Position numbers and translations under genes: made by a program
Notes under the pieces: model-generated
What the model saw: the letters and a program-made list of their open reading frames with translations, nothing else
Told to the model about the DNA's origin: nothing
Database searches by the model: none
Part shown: positions 36,920 through 49,700 of the stretch, one piece after another
How the letters are laid out: each line of letters opens with the position of its first letter
Position numbering within the stretch: the stretch's first letter is position 1
Assembly: GCA_043228905.1 (NCBI GenBank)
Contig: JBHGNT010000006.1
Location: 10,168,001 to 10,232,000 of the forward strand
Reading direction: 5' to 3'
Origin: Azolla caroliniana
Taxonomy: Eukaryota > Plantae > Polypodiophyta
Length of the DNA: 64,000 nucleotides

Positions 36920-36982
36920 TGGGGTCTTGTGATTGCTCTGACTATTTGTGCCCCATGCTTCAATAGTCCGCTCTAAAAATCC
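36920..36982 (-). promoter_or_regulatory. Putative programmed -1 ribosomal frameshift signal between gag-PR and RT-RH-INT
   Basis: G_GAT_TTT_TAG ends the protease ORF. The -1 frame is open from there into the RT ORF. A 7-bp stem GACTATT/AATAGTC starts 7 nt downstream, and loop TGGGG can pair with downstream CCCCA. Confidence 0.7.
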
Positions 36983-39211
36983 GAGGATTCGCCTCCGAGA
37001 CTATCTCGATTCCTTTCATGATTGGCTCGCACCGTTAGGAATTGGACCGATCTTTGGTTGTCAAGACTCTTTATTCGTGCGAAGGTTGCTCCATTATCGA
37101 ACACTCTGGTCTCCATCCGAGATGATGTGATATAAGGTTGCCCTAGGATGACAGGATGCAACGCCGATTCTTGTACGAAGAAGTGTTGATCCATCTCCAC
37201 ATCCCCGATCATGACTTTGACATTGGGACAAGCTCCGTACAAGTCCTCCGTAGACTTTGTTGCTGCGCGAATCTTTCATCCGTGGTTTGTATTGATTGGC
37301 CATCTTCCCTTTTTGTAGAAGTCGGTTGACATGAGGTTGATCTCCGAGCCGTGGTCGATCAAGGCTACGACGGTCTCTTTCTTCTCCCCGATCTTCACCA
37401 GCGTCTCCGTTGTCGCTCGTGCCCAATGAGGTCGAGTGTAGTGGCTGTCCACCATATCTTCATCGATTTGTCTCTTGCCATCGTTATGGCATTCGTTTTT
37501 GCTTTCTGCGGCTTCTCTTCTTCCTCGTCCGATTGTTGTCTCTTTCTCTTAACACGGTCCACGATCGTGTCATGGAACTCCTTCTTCGTAATGCCAAGCA
37601 ATTCCCTCAAGGACAAAGTTACATGGCTATCAAGAACTCGTTCTTCGAGAATCTTCTTTAGGTCCATCGTCTGCTCTATGTCCGACCTTAGCTTATAGGT
37701 AGGTATGGTCCTTGTCCTCCGAGCGGGGTCTTCGACACCAACCTTCACGGGCCGAACCGTTTCTTCAACTCGTATGCTCGGCTCCCCTTTTCGGCTTGAT
37801 TCTCGTTCCTCCGTTTGTAAAGGTCGACTCGTCTCCGCATCGTCCTTCTTTTTCGCATTCCTTGTTTCATGTCTTTTTGATGGCCCTTGCTCTTCTATTC
37901 TCTTTCTCTTTTCTTCGACGAACACCTCGTGGTTGTCGCACATCACCTCTACGAGTATGGTGTTGTCGTCCACCGGATCCGACCACCCGGTTATGCTTTG
38001 AACGCTTCGGTCTGCAAGCTCTACCTCGTTCAATGTGATTTTTCCCTTCTTCTCATATTCGAGAACGGAAGTCCAAAACTTTGCTCCCGCTTTAGCAGCT
38101 TCAGTCTTGTCTTTCCCGACTCTTATTCCGGCCGACGCAGCATAGTGCATCGCATCCACATGAGTCGCATCGGCATCCTCCATAGATCTCTTCATTCCTC
38201 CTCTTCCGAAATTCACCCGTAGGGGTCTTCTAGTCTCGCTTGAGCAGATCATGTTGTCCTCTATGTATACGATATTTTGTCGAATCGCCTCTCGAAGGCT
38301 CGCACAATCCCTTCTCATGTGGTCCATGCTATCGCACCACACGCATCTAAAGGGTTCTTTTCCTTTAGGGCCCCGAAGATTCATGTTGGCTAGAGTGACC
38401 TTCTCGAACTTCTTCGCTAGCTCTTCAATGATGTCGTCATCAATCTTCTTTTCTTCCACGTTACTTTGTCTCAGCGGCTCAGCTACTTTCGGCGGTCTTG
38501 CTTTCTCCGTGGTAGTCGGTCCCGTCAAGTCGGTGTCATCAACCCATTGGCGACGCTTGTCGAGCCTATTGCATGCCCGCTTCACCGCGATCCAGTCCGC
38601 TACGAACCCATTTGCTTGGGTATCATCTTCGAGAAGAGTCCCCAACTCCCGTCTATCCTTTATGTCCACGGCCTTCAAGAAGTACAAAGTCTTGTCCTCT
38701 TCAAGCAACACTTGGTCCGTATTGGGGAGACGACTAAACATCTGGTCGAATTCGTCGTACACCCTCGAGATGCTCATCTTCTTATTCTTCTTCTCTATCC
38801 ACTTCATCAGGGCATGTCGAGTCATCCTCGTTGAGTCTTCAGTCACGAACTCCGCTAGTATCGTTTTCTCGAACTCGGACCATGTTGTCTTACCTTCTTG
38901 AAGCTCGATGACGCGTCTTTCGATGTTGTTGGCGACAACTCTCTTGAAGCTTGCGATTTGACGTGCCTCGGACACGTCCCTTTGATTCATCTCCCTTCTA
39001 TATGCATCAAGGAACTTCGTAACGTTCCTTCCATCGAATTGGCCCTCGAGCTCTACAACACGATCGACAGCCTTCTCCATGCTCGCGTCGTTGTCCCGAG
39101 ATTTCATCATTTGCTCGACGATTAGCATCATCCTTTCGAGCTCTCCTGCTTGGTTGCTTGAGGACGCCATCTCCAAGTATTAATCTCGACTTGATCCTTC
39201 CTACTGCCTCT

Positions 39212-39229
39212 TTCACGTCGGGTTCACCA
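39212..39229 (-). promoter_or_regulatory. Primer binding site complementary to tRNA-Trp 3' end
   Basis: The plus strand reads TTCACGTCGGGTTCACCA, the 3' 18 nt of plant cytosolic tRNA-Trp(CCA) as I recall it; 8 nt from the LTR. Confidence 0.85.
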
Positions 39230-40742
39230 CTTAATTATGTCGTGAAGATTCGTCACTACGCGCGGATCGTGAGGCTGAACCGCCGGGGTTCTGGACCAGA
39301 AGGATTTAAAGTCAATACAAGCTTTGGCGAGAAAGTACGTAAGATAGATTGGGAAAGAGAGAAGTTGAGATTACACGATTGATTTGATAACGAATTTCTT
39401 CCTCTTTATTTTCATAAAAAACCGTGTTTTTTTCTCCTCCCCCTTCCCTCTTTTATAGATGCTCTCATGCATATGATGCATGTGAGGGTACAAGACATGC
39501 ATAAATTGCATGTTTGCCATTTGGCGCTTAAGTATTACATGTGGTGCATGCTAACCATGTCACTCATTTTAGCTCTCATGTATGAGAATTTACATGTAAA
39601 AGTACAATGATAGAAATATAATTTCAACTAAATAGCATGGCTTAATGGTAAGCCAATTGACTCCTAACTTGGAGGTGCAAGGTTCAAATCCATACTTGCC
39701 CTCCTTGTATATGTAAATATGTATATATATTTATATATTTATTTTATCTAGTCGCCGGACGCCAATTCGCCGGATGCCGCCGCCGGATACCGGTGCCGCA
39801 TGCCGCCGCTGGATTGCGGTCGGATGCCGTCGGATCACCAGCTCCATGGCCGGTCCGGTTTTGGTTGGCCAAAACCCTTTACGAGTAGCTAGCCACCTCC
39901 ACTCTTAGTTCAAGTTACCTTGAACTCTCTATGCTCCACACATAGACACAAAGATAATATCTTTTGCTCCACCTTATATATGATGAGAGCCGTATTTGTC
40001 GTGCCTATGTGGGATATCTCACAATTTTCTCTTTTCTTTTCACAAACTTTATACCCTCATATCTTGACATTTAGTTGTCCATTTCTCGTGTAATAAAGTG
40101 CATTCGAAACCTCCATCATTTTGTACTTAGATATTAAAAATGTTATCTTCACAATTATTGTATTACGTGATTCATACTCGATTTCGTACGTTTTATGGGA
40201 TTTTCACACTATTTCCGAAAATCTTCACGACACCGGTTCTTGGCTTGGATAGCCAATCCGACCAATGTTGAGCTTGTATCTCAACACTCCCCCTCAAGCT
40301 GAACTTGAGGCTGCATCTGCTCTTCCGAATCTACGTTCCGGTTCCTTCTGGCTTCACGCCTTGCTTGCGCTCCTCGACCTGTTTGATTCCACGTGCCTCG
40401 ACCCTTCCAGTCGGCTTGCGTGCTCGTGCAGCCCTTCTCAACTCCGTTGTTGTCGCAGTGATTGCACTTCTTCTATTGCCTTCTCTTCCGCTTGGCCCTC
40501 AGTTGATTCGGCGAATTCGAATCAAACATCCAAACCGACTTAGCTTCCTCCAATCGGTTTTCGCTTTCGTCCGAGTTGGTTGTCTCCAACTCGTCTTCGG
40601 TCTTCTCGCCCTTGATAGCTTCGTCTCCCCCACGCTTGGTTGGCTTCGGCTCTTTCTTTCGACTTCTCTGCTTATGTCCGCTTTCGGAATCTTTCGCGGA
40701 TCCGCCCTCAGCTTCTTCAGCCGATCCAAAATCGAATTCGTC

Positions 40743-43700
40743 TGTTAACTCTTCGGGCTAGACAATGGCCTAACACAGGGTGTCTACGGAGGACACTTCA
40801 CCAAAGGGTGTTACGGCAACCGGATTAGACTTCAACGCTTAATCCGACTTAATTAAGTTACTTATTATGATCGTCTTTCATAACACACGCGTAAGATATA
40901 ACAATTAAGACAGAACGGCAATTAACATAGATCGATAATAACGCTAAGCTTTTATTAATTCACCGCTCCCTATTACATTGTATCCGGGCCTTTAAATAGG
41001 TTTCCGGTCTATATTACAAAACGGTGCAATCCGCACCTGTTCGGGATCGGTCCGGATCCGGAACGGCATACCGATTCCAATCCGTCCGTCCACACTCATA
41101 GATTAATTACAACCATATTCCTACTACTTAATTAACGCTCTGTTTCCCACTTTGGACTCCTTTGCCGGCCGGTAACACATGGCATGCCCGTGGGACAGTA
41201 CCTTGTACGTCGAATCCACAACCGACCCTTGCTATTCTTCGTCCAAAATATCCAGAATGCTTTGTTCGAGAAGCTCCAATGGTTCATTTGGAATTGGTTG
41301 TTGTTGTTGTTGTTGCTGCTCTGTTGATGTCTGCTGCGGCGGGTTCGTTGGTGGCTGTTGCGGCTGCTCCTCCGTGTGTTGCTCTGACACCGACGTCTCC
41401 GTCGTTGCTCCCTTCGTCGTAGTGGTCTCCGGTTGACTGGTTCCGGGCTGGCCCTCAACCGGCGACGGTTCCTCATCACTAAGGTTAACCGTTGCCGCTT
41501 CCCGTGCTTTTTCTTCCCGAACCCGGGACCGTTCGTAGCTTTCAAACTAGATTTGAGCGTCCAACCTATCATCGTCTAGCTGAGCTACGAGCTACCTGAC
41601 CTGCGCCAGTTGTTCATCCGCGAGGACTTGGAAGTCATCGGCTAGCTCGTCCTGTATGGCGGTGAAGTTGGTTTCCGCCGCTTGCCGTTCCTCCTTCAAT
41701 TGTTTGATGATTTTGACGTTGTCCTCCGCATGCGCCTTGTAATGCGTCAATTGCCTTTGATATGTGCTTTGTAATTTCTGCAATACTGTTGACGCTCTCT
41801 CTTTTTCTTCCTGCTGCTGCCTTTGGAGCTCTATCCGGACCTTCTCTGCCTCGTCCAAGCGTCTTGTATTTTCCGCACGTTCGTCGGCGATCGCCGTCGC
41901 GGCCCGATCAACTTCCTGCTGGAGCTCGGCCATCCGTTCCTTATGCTCTGTTTCCAGCCGTTTTTAGTCCCGGTGCAGGTGCTCAAAATCATCTGTCTTT
42001 TGCTTGAGCCGTGCGTTGATCTGTCGACGTGCCCGGTCCTCGCGGTCCTTCTGTTGGCGGAGCTCTTCCTTTAGCCGTTCAATCTCCGTTTCCGCCATTT
42101 TCCGCAGCTTGTCCTTTTCCTGCAACACTTTGTCTTTCTCCTCCTTTAGCCGGTCGTACGCTTGATGGCCTTTCCGGAGGCTCTCCTCTGCCCGACGGAG
42201 GTTCTCAGCAGTCTTCTTTAATTCGGCTTCGGCCACTGTCTTCAATTCCCGTTCACGGCTCCTTAACGCTTCTTGTGCGGCAAGTTCATCTCTCAGTTCC
42301 GCAAGCTCCTGGGCTTGCGCCGCATCTCTCGCCGGAACGGTTTCCGTTGTCGGGGTCTTATTGCTATGTACAGGTCAATCCGTTTCGTTATTCTGTACAC
42401 TTACCGGAGTCACCGATGATTGGATCTGTGTTGCCGTTAAGGCCATTTTGGCCATCTCTGTCGTGACCTGATCCAAGTCTTTTTCAAGGCACCGGATTCT
42501 GGACCGGGCCGTCTCTAGTTGTTCGGTTGCGACGAGCAACCGTTCGCTTTGCGCTCTTTCTTCCGCCTCAATATACCCCACTGCTCCGGCTATCTGTTCG
42601 CCTATCCACCGGAGCCACAGGCTACTGGTGCCTTGTTGTGCTTGCACGGAGGTTTGACAGATGGGCTCACTTGTAGATGGGTGGTCCCGCCTGGTTGCGC
42701 CGAGTTGTAGTTCCGTTTCTGCCCGTGGACCACCCTGCTGTCTTGGTTCCCCTTGCGCTTCTTCTTGGCTGGCCGAGGGAGGCTGCATTGACCTTTCCGA
42801 CTCTGGCGGGATGGGACTTGCCCGTGTTGCCGGTGGTGCCGAGGCTTCTGATTCTGGTGCCATGCGCACCGGTTCCGGTTCCTTCCTTGGTGTGGGAGTC
42901 TCAGTATGGGGAGCCGGTGTTCCCTCCGTCTGAGGGTCCGATCGTTTCCCGGCTGCCTCAACGGTCCTTGCTGACGACCGTTGCTGGAGGTGCTCCGTAG
43001 GCTCCTCCTCTATTTCTTCTTCCTGAGTCCCAGCATTGAGTTTTGCCACCAAGGGGTCCACTTCCCTATTCACCGGTTGGCGGAGTGTCACCTTTACGGG
43101 CCGTGCCGGTGGTTCCTCTTGCACCTCCGTTGGGCGCTTCCGGCTGCCGCTTGTTCTACATCCGCTGCCTTTCCCTTACTGGCCTTAGATGCCAACAGCT
43201 GTTGCCGTTTGGAAGCCGTGCTTGGGGTGCCGTCCGCCACTCTTCCTCGCTTCTTGGGCTGGATGGGCTGGACGGGTGGCACAAGCATGGTGAGCCACTG
43301 CGTTACGGCGTGCCATATCCTCCGTCCATTTCAGCCTTCTTTGCCATCTTTGCCTCTGACGATCTCGATCGCCGCACACAACCCGTCTGCGATCAATACC
43401 GGCCAATCCACCTTGATCCCTTCATAGGTGGCGATGATCATCCCTGCTCGGTTCTGCGGCATGACAGGGGGTCTAGGGTACACGTGGCCGTATTCGTGGA
43501 GCACACGAGCAATTTCGCAGAACAGCATATCTCCGCCGCCCTGTGTCCGGTAGCCCTTGTTGGCTAGAGAGTACTCACCAAAATACCTGATGAGTTGCTC
43601 TGGGGTTGGATTGTCGATCGTGAGTATGCCTCCCTCCGGAAGGCCTGTTAACGCTCGAATCGCCTCTGTCGTTATGACCTCTGTGTCGATTTCTTTGATC

Positions 43701-46700
43701 ACTTTGTCGGCTTCTTTGTGTGGCGGTACTTCCATCATCATCAAGAAGCCCTCGAGCCCATATTGCTTTAGCCATGTCTTGGCGGCTTCCGACAGCGTTT
43801 GCGGGTCCATTTCTGTGTCGAGGTCAGATTGCGGTGGCGAGGTTGGATGGTGATGAGAGTGAGGTTGAGAGAGAGAGAGTTCAGAAGGCGGGGGTTCTCT
43901 GTGCGCAGGTTCTCGTCTGATGATCTTGCAGCGTCTTGGTGCTTCTGTGCTCCTGGGTTCGCGAAAGTAAAGGGTTTCTACACGCAGTGGTTTTTGTTTG
44001 TGCATTCTGGCGCCTTTTTCGAGTGTGTGCATGTTGTGTACTAAAATAGCATTATGTCCTGTGTTGGCGCTTTAAATGCCCACTACGTACCTTTTCGCTC
44101 CTCACTCTTTCATCCATTCATTCCTCGCTTTTGCATGATTGTTTTTTTTTTCTTTTTTCTTTTTTACTATAATTTAATTTAGTGTGACGTCACTTGTCCG
44201 TTGGTCCTCTCGGACCCTTACCAGCCTCATTCTCCCCAGTTACCGGCTCGCCTTCTCTGCCGTCTTGGTGGTTGCCGTTTCCCTCACTGGTGTCGGTCCT
44301 TTGCTCAAATGGGTTCTTAGGCATCGGTCCTCTATATGGCTTCAACCGGAATCCGTTGACCCATTTGTCTAGCACTTCGCCGGCAAGTGTCCCTAACTGG
44401 TAGGACCCATTATACTCTCGTGTTAGCCAATACGGTCCGGTCCATCTAAACCATAGTTTACCCGGCATCTTGCCCATCCGGGTTTGAAATACTAACACCG
44501 GTTTGCCGATTGCGAACATTTTTTCGTTACCTTTCCTGTGTCGGTCGACAAATGCTTTCCGTCGCCATTGCTCCAATTCTAAATGTAGCATGTTGGCCAG
44601 TCGTTGTTCCTCGAGTTCACACAGCGTTGTCAACCGTATTGCCTCCGACTCCTCGTTCAACCGTTCCCGTAGCTGGATCCGTAAGCTGGGTACTTGGAAT
44701 TCCACCAGCATTACCGCCTCTAGTCCGAACGCTAACCGGAACGGTGTTGTTCGGATGCTCGTTTTGTATGCCGTCCGGTATGCCCAAAGCGCGCTATGTA
44801 GCTTTGTATCCCAATCCGTCCGGTTTTCGTTGACGATCTTCCGGAGGATATTCTGGAGCGTCTTGTTCGTTGATTCCACTAAACCGTTCGCTTGTGGATA
44901 GTAAGGTGTGCTCCGTTTGTGGACAACGGCATAGAATGTCGTCAGGCTTTCGACTACCTAGCCGAGGAAGTGCCCGCCTTGGTCGCTTATTAATTCGATT
45001 GGGCATCCGTAACGGCACCAAATGTACTCGTATAGAAATTTCGTCGTTGACGCAGCGGTGTTGTCACTTAAAGCTTTGGCCTCCACCCATTTCGTGTAGT
45101 AATCCATAGCAACGATGACGTACCGATTACCCGTTCTCATTGTCGGTGGCTTGAACGGTCCTACAAAGTTCAGCCCCCACTTCTGGAATGGCTCGAGTGG
45201 TAGTACCGGCTGGTGTGGCATACGAGCCTGCTCCGTTGGCTGGCCCATTCTCTGGCATAGGTCACATTCTTTTGCGTATCACACCGCATCTCTTAATGTC
45301 GTTGGCCACCATAGGCCACTTTGCCATATTTTCCTGGCCGTCGCATCTCCGGCATAGTGACCTCCGGCAACTCCGTAGTGGGCTTCCCTTAGTATCAGTT
45401 CCTTTTCATCGCTGCGCACCGCCCGTCTCCATATGCCGTCCGCGCCCTTGTGGTACAGTGTGTCTTGCAATAAGCAAAAATGTCGGCTTTGCACCGTCAG
45501 GCGTTTCCGTTCGTCCCGGTTCATCTCCTCCGGAGGTAGTCCTGTGCTCAAAAACTGGTGCATATTTGTGAGCCACTTGTCTTCCTGGGCCACAATCTCA
45601 TCTGATGCCGTCTCCGTAGTAACTCGAAACAGCTCCGCATCCGGAAACTCATCCGCTACTCCGTCACCCGTCTCTCCGGACTCTAATCGGCTTAAGTAAT
45701 CCGCCACGACATGCTGTATACCGGGTCGGTGGAATATCTCAAACTCGAATTCCTGTAACAATAAGGTCCACCGGGCCAATTTACCGGTGAGTGACGCTTT
45801 GGACAGCAGGTAAAGGAGTGCCGAATGATCTACATGGAAGGAAAACTTCCTTCCCAATAAATAATGCCGAAACTTTGTCACACTGTAGATCATCCCTAGA
45901 GCTTCCCGTTCCGTGGTAGAGTAGTTCCGTTCTGCTTGGGATAGCTTCCGGCTGGCATAGTACACTGGCCGGTACCACTTTGGTTCCGTAAGCTGCATCA
46001 GTACGCTTCCGATTGCGATGTCAGAGGCGTCCACGAACACGTGAAATTCTTTACTCCAATCCGGAGGTTGCACTACCGGTGCCTGCGACAATAGTACCTT
46101 GAGGGCCCTATACGCTCTATCCTCGGTGTTGGTCCACTGGAATGGTGTCCGATGTACGGCGGCATGCAACGGTGTAGCCAGGTCGGCCAAGTATCGAAGC
46201 ATCCGGCTGTGCCACCGGATCTGACCTAAGAACCGGCTTAATGCCTTTGCCGTTGCCGGCGCCAATGCTTCTAATATGGCTTTCACTTTGTCTGGGTCGA
46301 CTGCAATACCTTCCTGGCTCACAATATGTCCTAATAAAGTTCCACTGGACATGCCAAATACACACTTTGCCGGATTCAAGCTTAGCCGGTACGCTCTACA
46401 CTTTTCTAGACAAAGACGGAGGTGCTGAAAATGGTCCTCCTCCCAGCTATAGACGGCGAAATCGTCAAGGAAAACCTACATAAAAGCCGGTATATATTCA
46501 CCAAAGATTTCCATGATGATTCGTTGAAATGTTGCCGGTGTTGTTTTGAGTCCGAACATCATCACCACGGCCACAAACACCCCCCATTCGGTGACGAATG
46601 CCGTTTTCTCTTGGTCGTCGGAGTGCATCCGGATCTGATTATACCCGCTGAATCCGTCTAGGAAGCTATAGACCTCATGGCCGGCGACGGCATCCAACAC

Positions 46701-49700
46701 TCCATCTGTGAACGGAAGTGGAAACGCATCCGTTACCGTAGCCGCATTGAGTTTCCGGTAGTCCACGCAAACTCGAATTTTTCCATTCTTCTTCGGTACG
46801 ACTACGATCGGGCTCAGCCATGTCGCTTTCTTTACCGGACGGATAAAGCCAACTCTTAGCAATTTGTCGATTTCCTCCTTGACTTTGGCGGCATAATTGG
46901 GATTCATCCGGTACCGTCTTTGTGCCACTCGTTTTGCGTCCTTGCTCAAGTGCACCTGATGCTGGTATAACTGAGGGTCGAGTCCTCGCATGTCTTCGTA
47001 TGACCAGGCGAACACATCGCGAAATTCCGTGAGAAGTGTGATCATCGCCGTTTTGTCTTCGGACTTCATCTCCTTGGCGATGTGCACCGGTTTTGCTTCG
47101 TCTGTGGTCCCTAAGTTCACCTCTTCTAGTTGCGATGCTTTTACGCGCTGTGAAACGGCCATTTCCCGTTCCAATGCTTCCTGCGCTTGCCGTAACTCTC
47201 GGATTGCGTCTTTATCCGGTTCTGCTTCTGCCTCTTCCAGTTGCGGTAAGTATGGTGCTACTGTTCGGCAATGTCAATTTCAAAGAGGGGTATGATCTTC
47301 GGGTTTTCCTGCAGGTACTGAGCTTCTTCTTCATCCGCTAACCCTTCTAGCATGTTGACGCATTCCGCATACAACGGTGTAAATTCCTTGCCAGTGCTCA
47401 TCCTTCGTTGTGTTGGTACCCGTACCTTGGCTTTTCCTCGCCGGAAGGTAATTATATTTTTCCGCCAATTCTGTTTGATATGTGTCGTTTTCAACCATGG
47501 CCGCCCCAGCAATAGCGGGTATGCGCCTTGTGCCTGTAATTGTAGCACTACGGCCGAGATGTGAAATGTATGACCGCCGACGGTGACTTCTAATTTCCGT
47601 ATTAATCCTGTCGGCCGCACTGAGCTTGTATCGGCCATCCGCAACCAGAATGGACACGGCTTCCACTCGTGGATTCCTAGGGCATCACACGTCCAGAGGC
47701 TTATTACATTCACCCTAGAACCTCCGTCTATAACTGTGCCGGGGAGTTCTTTCCCTTTTACAATGGTAGTGATTACCGAACTGCTGGTGTCCACCACCGT
47801 TGGTCCCTCCTCCGGATTCGAGAAGAGTACCGGTGCCGGTGATGGTTCTCCTGCCGTCATGGCCGTCTTCAGTCCTTCCGTGAATCTTGGCACGAGTTGT
47901 AGGAGTCTTCCTAGTGGTAATGTAATCTGGCATTCTTGCAACGCCTGCCGTGTCTCGTTCTCGGAGTGACTACCGCCGGCAAGCCCTGCGGTGTTCTCCT
48001 TTTGCCGCTGTAAGTCTGTGACATCCTGCTCGTTTGCTTTCTTTACCCATTCCGTTGCTTGTTTCCGGATGGTCTCCTGTGTCTCCCATTCTTTGGCCAT
48101 GCCCTTCGACCTTGTGGTCACCTGCTGCAGATCTGCCACCTCAGGGACTACCATATTTACCGCCGGTCGTTTTTCATAGCTCTTCACCAGGCATTGGTTA
48201 CTATAATGGCCTTCCTGTCGGCAGTAGTAGCAGTAGGCCTTCCGGGTATTGCTAGATTCGGCATTGTCTGTTGTACCCGAGGCAGGTCCTGTTGTACGCG
48301 CGGGGTTTTGTACCAGTTGGCTGCTTGGAGCTCCTTGTTCCGGATCCCGGGGGTAGCCGCCTTTTTTAAAATGCCGTTTTTTGTTATAGCTCTTCTTATT
48401 ACGGTACTCTTGACGGTGTTGCCCGTTATATCTGCCGTATTCCTCCCGTTGCTGACGATACCCGGGGGAGTGCTCCCGGTCGTAATGTTCGTATTGTCTA
48501 TTGTAATCCTGGTACCGATCATGCCGGTCATAGTTATCCCGCTTATCACGGTACCGGACATCATTTTCCCGTCGATCACCATACCGGACATCCTGTGCCG
48601 GTCAGTCGCGGTCCATTCGCCGCCAGAGTTCGTCTTCTTCATCCCGGCTGCTGCGTGGCTCAATTTGTCGGACGGGCGGTGCTTGCCGGTTCAACAGATT
48701 ATATTCGCACCTATCCGTCGTATGGCTCTTGGATTGACAGATTACACATTGCGTCCTCATAGTGCATTCTAGAGCCGAGTGTCCGGAATTCAAGTAGGTT
48801 GTGCACTGTATTGCTTGCCGAAACCGGAGGTCTTCATCGGACGGTAACGCCCGTTGAAGTGCTCCCAGTGTGAGCCAGGAGCTTGTCTTTTCCATCTCTC
48901 TCACCCGGTCAATGACCTGGTCGATGGTACTTGTGCGGAAGTCAATTACCGTGCAAACCGTGCGTAGGGGTTCCCGAAGCGCGTTTAGGAATATAGTCTG
49001 TAATTCCTCCTCCGGGGGTGCGCGGGCAAGCTGACTATGCATCCGTTGAAACCGGATGACAAATTGGGGAATGCTCTCCCCTGCCTCTTGCCGGATGGTA
49101 TAAAATAAGCCTACCATTACGGTCTGGTCCACCTCCTTTTGAAAAAAATGCAAGAATTTAGCTTTTAAATCTGCAAAAGTGTTGATGGTAGACGGGTCCT
49201 GCGTCCGGCGCCATCTTGTTGCCGGTCCCTCCAATGTGACGCCAAATTCCGCTATCTTAGAGCGTTCTTCTTCCTCCGGGGTCAATCGCTGGGACACATG
49301 GTTGGCTTCCCATGTCTGTTCAAAGGCGTGCACATGAGCTTCCGCGTCCGGTTCATCTCTATACTTGGAGTACTGGAACAGCATGTCGTCGTCCGGTATT
49401 GGTGCGCGGGGTGGCAGTGTTGGTGCTCGTTCCGGAATCTTCTCCGGTGTCGGTGGTCTTTCCCGATTTGTTTCCGGCGTCGGTGGTTTTTCCTCTTCCT
49501 TTGGTGACGGAGGCCTCTCCTCTTCGACTTCCGGTGTCGGAGGTCGCTCGTTCTCTGCTGGTTCTGGGGGTTCCAGCGTTAGCACTTCCGGTTTCGGTGT
49601 CGGTAAGGTATCCGATCCTTTGTCCTCTGGTTCGCCCGGGGTTTCGTTGCTGCTACAGTAGTTCGTGTGCACGTTGTATTCCCCTTCTGAGTCTGATTCA

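Larger units (their letters stand above)
32340..40232 (-). mobile_element. Ty3/Gypsy element 1 (non-chromoviral, fungal Ylt1-like RT); LTRs 39238-40232 (5') and 32340-33415 (3')
   Basis: 12-bp TIR TGTCGTGAAGAT/ATCTTCACGACA, 4-bp TSD CCGG, PBS at 39212-39229, PPT GGTGGGGGTGGA beside the 3' LTR. gag 39176-37395 (CVWCDSMDHMRRDC), PR IDHGSEIN, RT YSNRWFTVPKKNGSLRFIQDLQPVN and FLDD, RH, INT (GHRG..CETCQ), ending 33488. A few stops and frameshifts. Confidence 0.95.

Noticed and set aside
37440-37500. Second programmed frameshift between gag and protease in Gypsy-1
   Set aside because: No X_XXY_YYZ heptamer in the gag frame. A 1-bp deletion (GAC [G]AA ATC GAT) explains it more simply.
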